Source: Candidatus Doudnabacteria bacterium (lineage in GTDB: Bacteria; Patescibacteriota; Doudnabacteria; UBA920; VMFF01). Taken from it: a stretch of 64,000 nt of DNA. The translations under genes and the position numbers were made by a program. Each line of letters begins with the position of its first letter. Positions within the stretch are counted from its first letter, which is position 1. The notes below the pieces were generated by a model that saw only the letters and a program-made list of their open reading frames with translations, ran no database searches and was not told where the DNA came from. Shown piece after piece: positions 60,526 through 64,000 of the stretch. The stretch spans positions 143,114 to 207,113 of the forward strand of contig JAQBQP010000001.1 in the NCBI GenBank assembly GCA_028286905.1. The letters run 5' to 3'.

Positions 60526-61752
60526 ATGCAGAACCAAAAAACCACTTGCCCAGATTGCGGCCCATCAACAGTTAATCATTTTCTTTCTAAGACGATTTTG
60601 ATTATTGATTGGACACTCTCTCCGGTAAATGGTTTTTTTATGTCCATAACAAAAACGATTATAAATTTGCTAAACCACTTGGGTTTTCGAAACATTGGCA
60701 TAAACTTTTTTGTCTTTCTTTCAAAAGTGGGATTAGCTCAAATTTCAGAACACAACCAAGAAGATAATTCAGACCGTACAAAATGTTTGTGGGAAGCGGC
60801 AGAGGCGCGTGGAATAAAAATGTATCAAATCAGAATTCTTGATAAACCAACTGAACTTTTTTGGTCAGAAAAAAATCACAAAAAATTATTGTTTGAATGC
60901 TTGCCTCGCCCTCTACCTTTGAGCGAAGCATTTTATTGGATGGATGACAAAGGGGCGATGCGCAAAAAATTTGCCGAAGCCAATTTGCCAATTGGAATTG
61001 GAGAGATCTGTTTTACCTACAAGCATGCGCTTGAAGTTTTGAAAAAAGTGAACGGATCAGTTATTACAAAGCCCAACGTCGGCTCACGTAGTAGGCATAC
61101 TACTATTCATATTAGCAATCCCGAAATGCTTAAAAAAGCCTTTAAAATAGCAAAAAAACTATCCCCTTGGGTAATTGTGGAGCAAGAATTAAAAGGTACT
61201 GTTTACAGAGTAACTTTAATCGGTGGTGAACTGGCTGCTGTAATGCGTCGAGATCCCCCATTTGTAATTGGCGACGGCATTTCTAATTTAAAAGAATTGG
61301 TTCTAAAAGAAAATCAAAATCCAAAAAGACATGGACCGCATTTTCACGAAATTCCGATTGATAATTTTACTGATGAAGAAATCGCGCGCCAAGGTTTAAC
61401 ATGGAACACAATTCCAGAGAATGGGAAAATGATTATCGTTAGAAATAATATTGGCAGAAGTTCCGGAGGTTCCAACTCTGATATAACTGATAAAGTTCAT
61501 CCAGAAAATAAAAAACTATTTGAAAAAATCGCCAAGGTTGTTGGCGATCCGATCATTGGTATGGATTTTATAATTGAAGATATGAACAAGTCCTGGACTG
61601 AGCAATATCCTTGCGGGGCTATTGAACTTAATAGTGTCCCCTTTCTTGATTTACATCATTTTCCGTTGTACGGGAATGCTGTGGATGCATCTGGCAAGTT
61701 GTGGGATTTTGTATATCGCGATTCATCTTCTATTAGCATGTCGCCTAAATAA
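60526..61752 (+). CDS. ATP-grasp domain protein (RimK / cyanophycin-synthetase-like ligase)
   Basis: ATP-grasp pattern: central KPNVGSRSRH, EQELKGTVYRV, C-terminal GMDFII...ELN. Confidence 0.5.
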   Translation: MQNQKTTCPDCGPSTVNHFLSKTILIIDWTLSPVNGFFMSITKTIINLLNHLGFRNIGINFFVFLSKVGLAQISEHNQEDNSDRTKCLWEAAEARGIKMYQIRILDKPTELFWSEKNHKKLLFECLPRPLPLSEAFYWMDDKGAMRKKFAEANLPIGIGEICFTYKHALEVLKKVNGSVITKPNVGSRSRHTTIHISNPEMLKKAFKIAKKLSPWVIVEQELKGTVYRVTLIGGELAAVMRRDPPFVIGDGISNLKELVLKENQNPKRHGPHFHEIPIDNFTDEEIARQGLTWNTIPENGKMIIVRNNIGRSSGGSNSDITDKVHPENKKLFEKIAKVVGDPIIGMDFIIEDMNKSWTEQYPCGAIELNSVPFLDLHHFPLYGNAVDASGKLWDFVYRDSSSISMSPK

Positions 61753-62162
61753 AAACGAAACTGTTCGCGCGCGTCTCTGAAATCTTTTTCAAAAAAATGA
61801 TCGATAGGATTTGACTCCGGGGTTAACTCATAGTGGCCGCGGATTTCTCGGTCTTCAAATAATCTTAAGTGATGCTGCCATCGAAAGCTGTCATGTTTTC
61901 TTAGAACCAAAATTTCACCTTCGTCTTCCCAGGCAACAACGTGATGGTGAAAATTATGCTTGCGTAAACGTTCTTTATAGTGCTCAATTGTATAATTAGG
62001 AGAAAGGTGTCCTAAGTAGAAATTTTGTCTGCCAGAGTGATGGACAATTTTTAGTTTCAATAGACCATCTCGAACATACGGAAATATCGGGTAAAGTATA
62101 TGCCAAAGAATTTGTTTTAGGTGTTCAGCAAAAGTTTTTTTCCCTTTGTAGTATTGAGCCAT
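61656..62162 (-). CDS. hypothetical His-rich protein
   Basis: 168-aa ORF whose 3' end overlaps the convergent ATP-grasp gene by about 97 nt. No diagnostic motif. Confidence 0.3.
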   Translation of the reverse strand: MAQYYKGKKTFAEHLKQILWHILYPIFPYVRDGLLKLKIVHHSGRQNFYLGHLSPNYTIEHYKERLRKHNFHHHVVAWEDEGEILVLRKHDSFRWQHHLRLFEDREIRGHYELTPESNPIDHFFEKDFRDAREQFRFYLGDMLIEDESRYTKSHNLPDASTAFPYNGK

Positions 62163-62171
62163 AGATTAAAT

Positions 62172-63476
62172 TTACCACAGAAAATTTTTAACCACAATTC
62201 TTTGATTCAAAATCAACCCAACTATCAACCATAAAAGTAATTGAGTTTGTTGGATAGTATAAAAATAGTGATCAAAAAACATTAGCATAATTATCCCCAA
62301 AAATGTAATCAAGAATATGGTAGAGAAAATTTTAGTTTCATCTGGAACTATTTTTTTAAATCCCCTGCTTAATAAATAAATTAGGTATCCAAAAATAATA
62401 ATAATAAATGCCACACCTTCTATGCCTGCTTCACATGCAACTGTCAAAAAGTAATTGTGTGGTGGCTGAACTTGAATTTCGCTGGTGGGTTTAATTGTTT
62501 TCCTCATTTCATTGATCATGTTCCCAAAACCCACTCCAAAGGGGTGCTCTTTTATTATTCGAATCGCAATTTGATTGTAATAGGTTCTGGAGAATTCAGT
62601 AGAAGCAGTATTTATTGCTCTAGCCTTCAAAAAAGGCAAGAAACTAGTAACTCCGATAATCGTGGCAAACAGTAAAACCATGCCAATTTTCTTTATTTGT
62701 TCGATCTTACCTGGAACCTCTCTATATATTAGATAAATGATACTAATAAGTGTTACATATGAAACTACAAGGCCCGACCGGGAAAAAGTTGCAAAGTTGC
62801 CCAATGTTGAACCAAACAAGCAAAAACCATAAAAAACTTGAGATTGGTAGCTTTTTGTAGTTATAAATGCATAAGCACAGGTTGCACATACAACTAACAG
62901 GAAAGCACTTAAAACGTTTGGATGCGGAAAGGTGCCGTACCCTCTTATTAACTTAAGGGGTCCTATATCTATCTTAGCGACTCCTATAATTGAATTATTT
63001 AGAAAATCTTCCCCTACGAGCTTCAGTCCTACTGAACGTTGCATGACAAACTGTAAAATTGCCAAAGAACTTTGAAGGATGCCCAATATTGCCATAAGTG
63101 GCTTAAAAACTACAAAATAATCGGTAGTTTGTTTTATTCCACGTGCTACAAATGCTAAATAAAATAATAAAAGCGCTAATTCTTCTAACTTTAATAAAGA
63201 AAACCAATTATATGTTCCACGTGGTGAAATAAATTCCACGCTAAAGAATATTACGATTCCCACTGTCGCAAGGATTCGCCCCTTGTGCGGATAATCTCTA
63301 AAGATATAACCAAAACCAAGCCATGCAATTAATGCTAAATCGCTGATGTATAGGCTCAGTCTGGTAAATTCGCTTTCCGATAAATTCCAAGAAAAAATAT
63401 GCCGTCTGTTTAGCGGTAAAGTTATTAAAAATATTCCGAAAAGAATTTTCTCTATGAATGTCTGATTTAGTTTCAT
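62172..63476 (-). CDS. O-antigen ligase / Wzy-like polytopic membrane protein
   Basis: 434 aa, about 12 TM segments. Second member of this type in the window. Confidence 0.45.
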   Translation of the reverse strand: MKLNQTFIEKILFGIFLITLPLNRRHIFSWNLSESEFTRLSLYISDLALIAWLGFGYIFRDYPHKGRILATVGIVIFFSVEFISPRGTYNWFSLLKLEELALLLFYLAFVARGIKQTTDYFVVFKPLMAILGILQSSLAILQFVMQRSVGLKLVGEDFLNNSIIGVAKIDIGPLKLIRGYGTFPHPNVLSAFLLVVCATCAYAFITTKSYQSQVFYGFCLFGSTLGNFATFSRSGLVVSYVTLISIIYLIYREVPGKIEQIKKIGMVLLFATIIGVTSFLPFLKARAINTASTEFSRTYYNQIAIRIIKEHPFGVGFGNMINEMRKTIKPTSEIQVQPPHNYFLTVACEAGIEGVAFIIIIFGYLIYLLSRGFKKIVPDETKIFSTIFLITFLGIIMLMFFDHYFYTIQQTQLLLWLIVGLILNQRIVVKNFLW

Positions 63477-63559
63477 TTGAGTGTTGGTACGCTTTAATTA
63501 TATCCTAATTCTTTACTCTATATATAAATAAGGATAAACTATTCTAGTAATTTCAAATT

Positions 63560-63636
63560 GCCCCTGTAGCTCAGTGGATTAGAGCGGTTCCGTCCTAAGG
63601 AAAAGGTCGTAGGTTCGATTCCTGCCAGGGGCACCA
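63560..63636 (+). tRNA. tRNA-Arg (anticodon CCU)
   Basis: Acceptor GCCCCUG/CAGGGGC, anticodon loop GUCCUAA, T arm GUAGG-UUCGAUU-CCUGC. CCA encoded. Confidence 0.75.
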
Positions 63637-63643
63637 AATATAA

Positions 63644-64000
63644 ACCAAACAAATGATTTTTCCAACTTTTACAAAAGAGCGCCAAGGGCTACAAAGAGGT
63701 TTTGATTTTATAGCCGGATGTGATGAGGTCGGCGCAGGCCCCGTAGCGGGACCTGTTGTTGTAGCTGCATGTATTTTAAACCCTAATAATATAGGAGAAA
63801 AGCGCAGCGGTAAAAAATGGTATTATCGCGTTAGAGATTCTAAAACTGTAAGCGAAAAAGAGCGGGAGAAGTTGGTAGAGGAGATTTTAAAAAACTGTAT
63901 TAGCTATGGGATAGGGGAGGTGCAAGCTGATGAAATAGATAAAATAAATATTCATCAAGCAAAATTGCTAGCCATGAAGCTCGCAGTAGAGGATATGCTA
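63644..64000 (+). CDS. rnhB: ribonuclease HII (N-terminal part; runs off window end)
   Basis: Translation MIFPTF...FIAGCDEVGAGPVAGPVVVAACIL shows the RNase HII DEVGRGxxxGPVV motif. Absent from the track because there is no stop in the window. Confidence 0.8.

Overview
The window is a low-GC (by eye about 35-40%), gene-dense bacterial chromosome segment of conserved housekeeping genes. The gene set and compactness resemble a small-genome lineage such as CPR/Patescibacteria; that attribution is an inference. Backbone genes: rpoC (partial) and rpoB, an ABC-2 exporter, a tsaB / Mur-ligase / FemAB / ruvA operon, uvrB, rpsT, polA, pilB, tsaE, a VanW-family gene, a NIF3-like gene, ruvB, the origin-proximal recF-dnaN-dnaA / rpmH-rnpA-yidC-jag block, a class A PBP, tyrS, ruvC, yebC, rsmI, nth, gyrA, rpsA, rfbB with a cupin gene, nrnA, rbfA, infB, rsmC, a DAGK-like lipid kinase, bactofilin, two O-antigen-ligase-like membrane proteins and rnhB (partial). 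There are nine tRNA genes. I found no CRISPR array, transposase or integrase. The main unexplained signal is nine short, sharply GC-rich islets (by eye about 55-62% GC) sitting in intergenic gaps of the AT-rich backbone. Most carry their own sigma70-like promoter and an intrinsic terminator. They encode: small acidic peptides; a lipoprotein; a tandem, translationally coupled pair of paralogous sigma-70-region-4 HTH plus zinc-ribbon proteins; a protein with beta-carbonic-anhydrase-like zinc-site motifs; an unassigned alpha/beta protein; and a Nudix hydrolase whose Nudix box is broken by a frameshift. Other notable points: a tRNA with anticodon UAU next to a nested perfect palindrome; a repeated palindromic 13-mer in the rpoB-rpoC spacer; candidate oriC elements on both sides of dnaA sharing a TTATGAACA 9-mer; a roughly 125-nt rod-like structured element between convergent genes; and several apparently leaderless genes. 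All assignments rest on reading motifs in the supplied translations and sequence. No database search was run.
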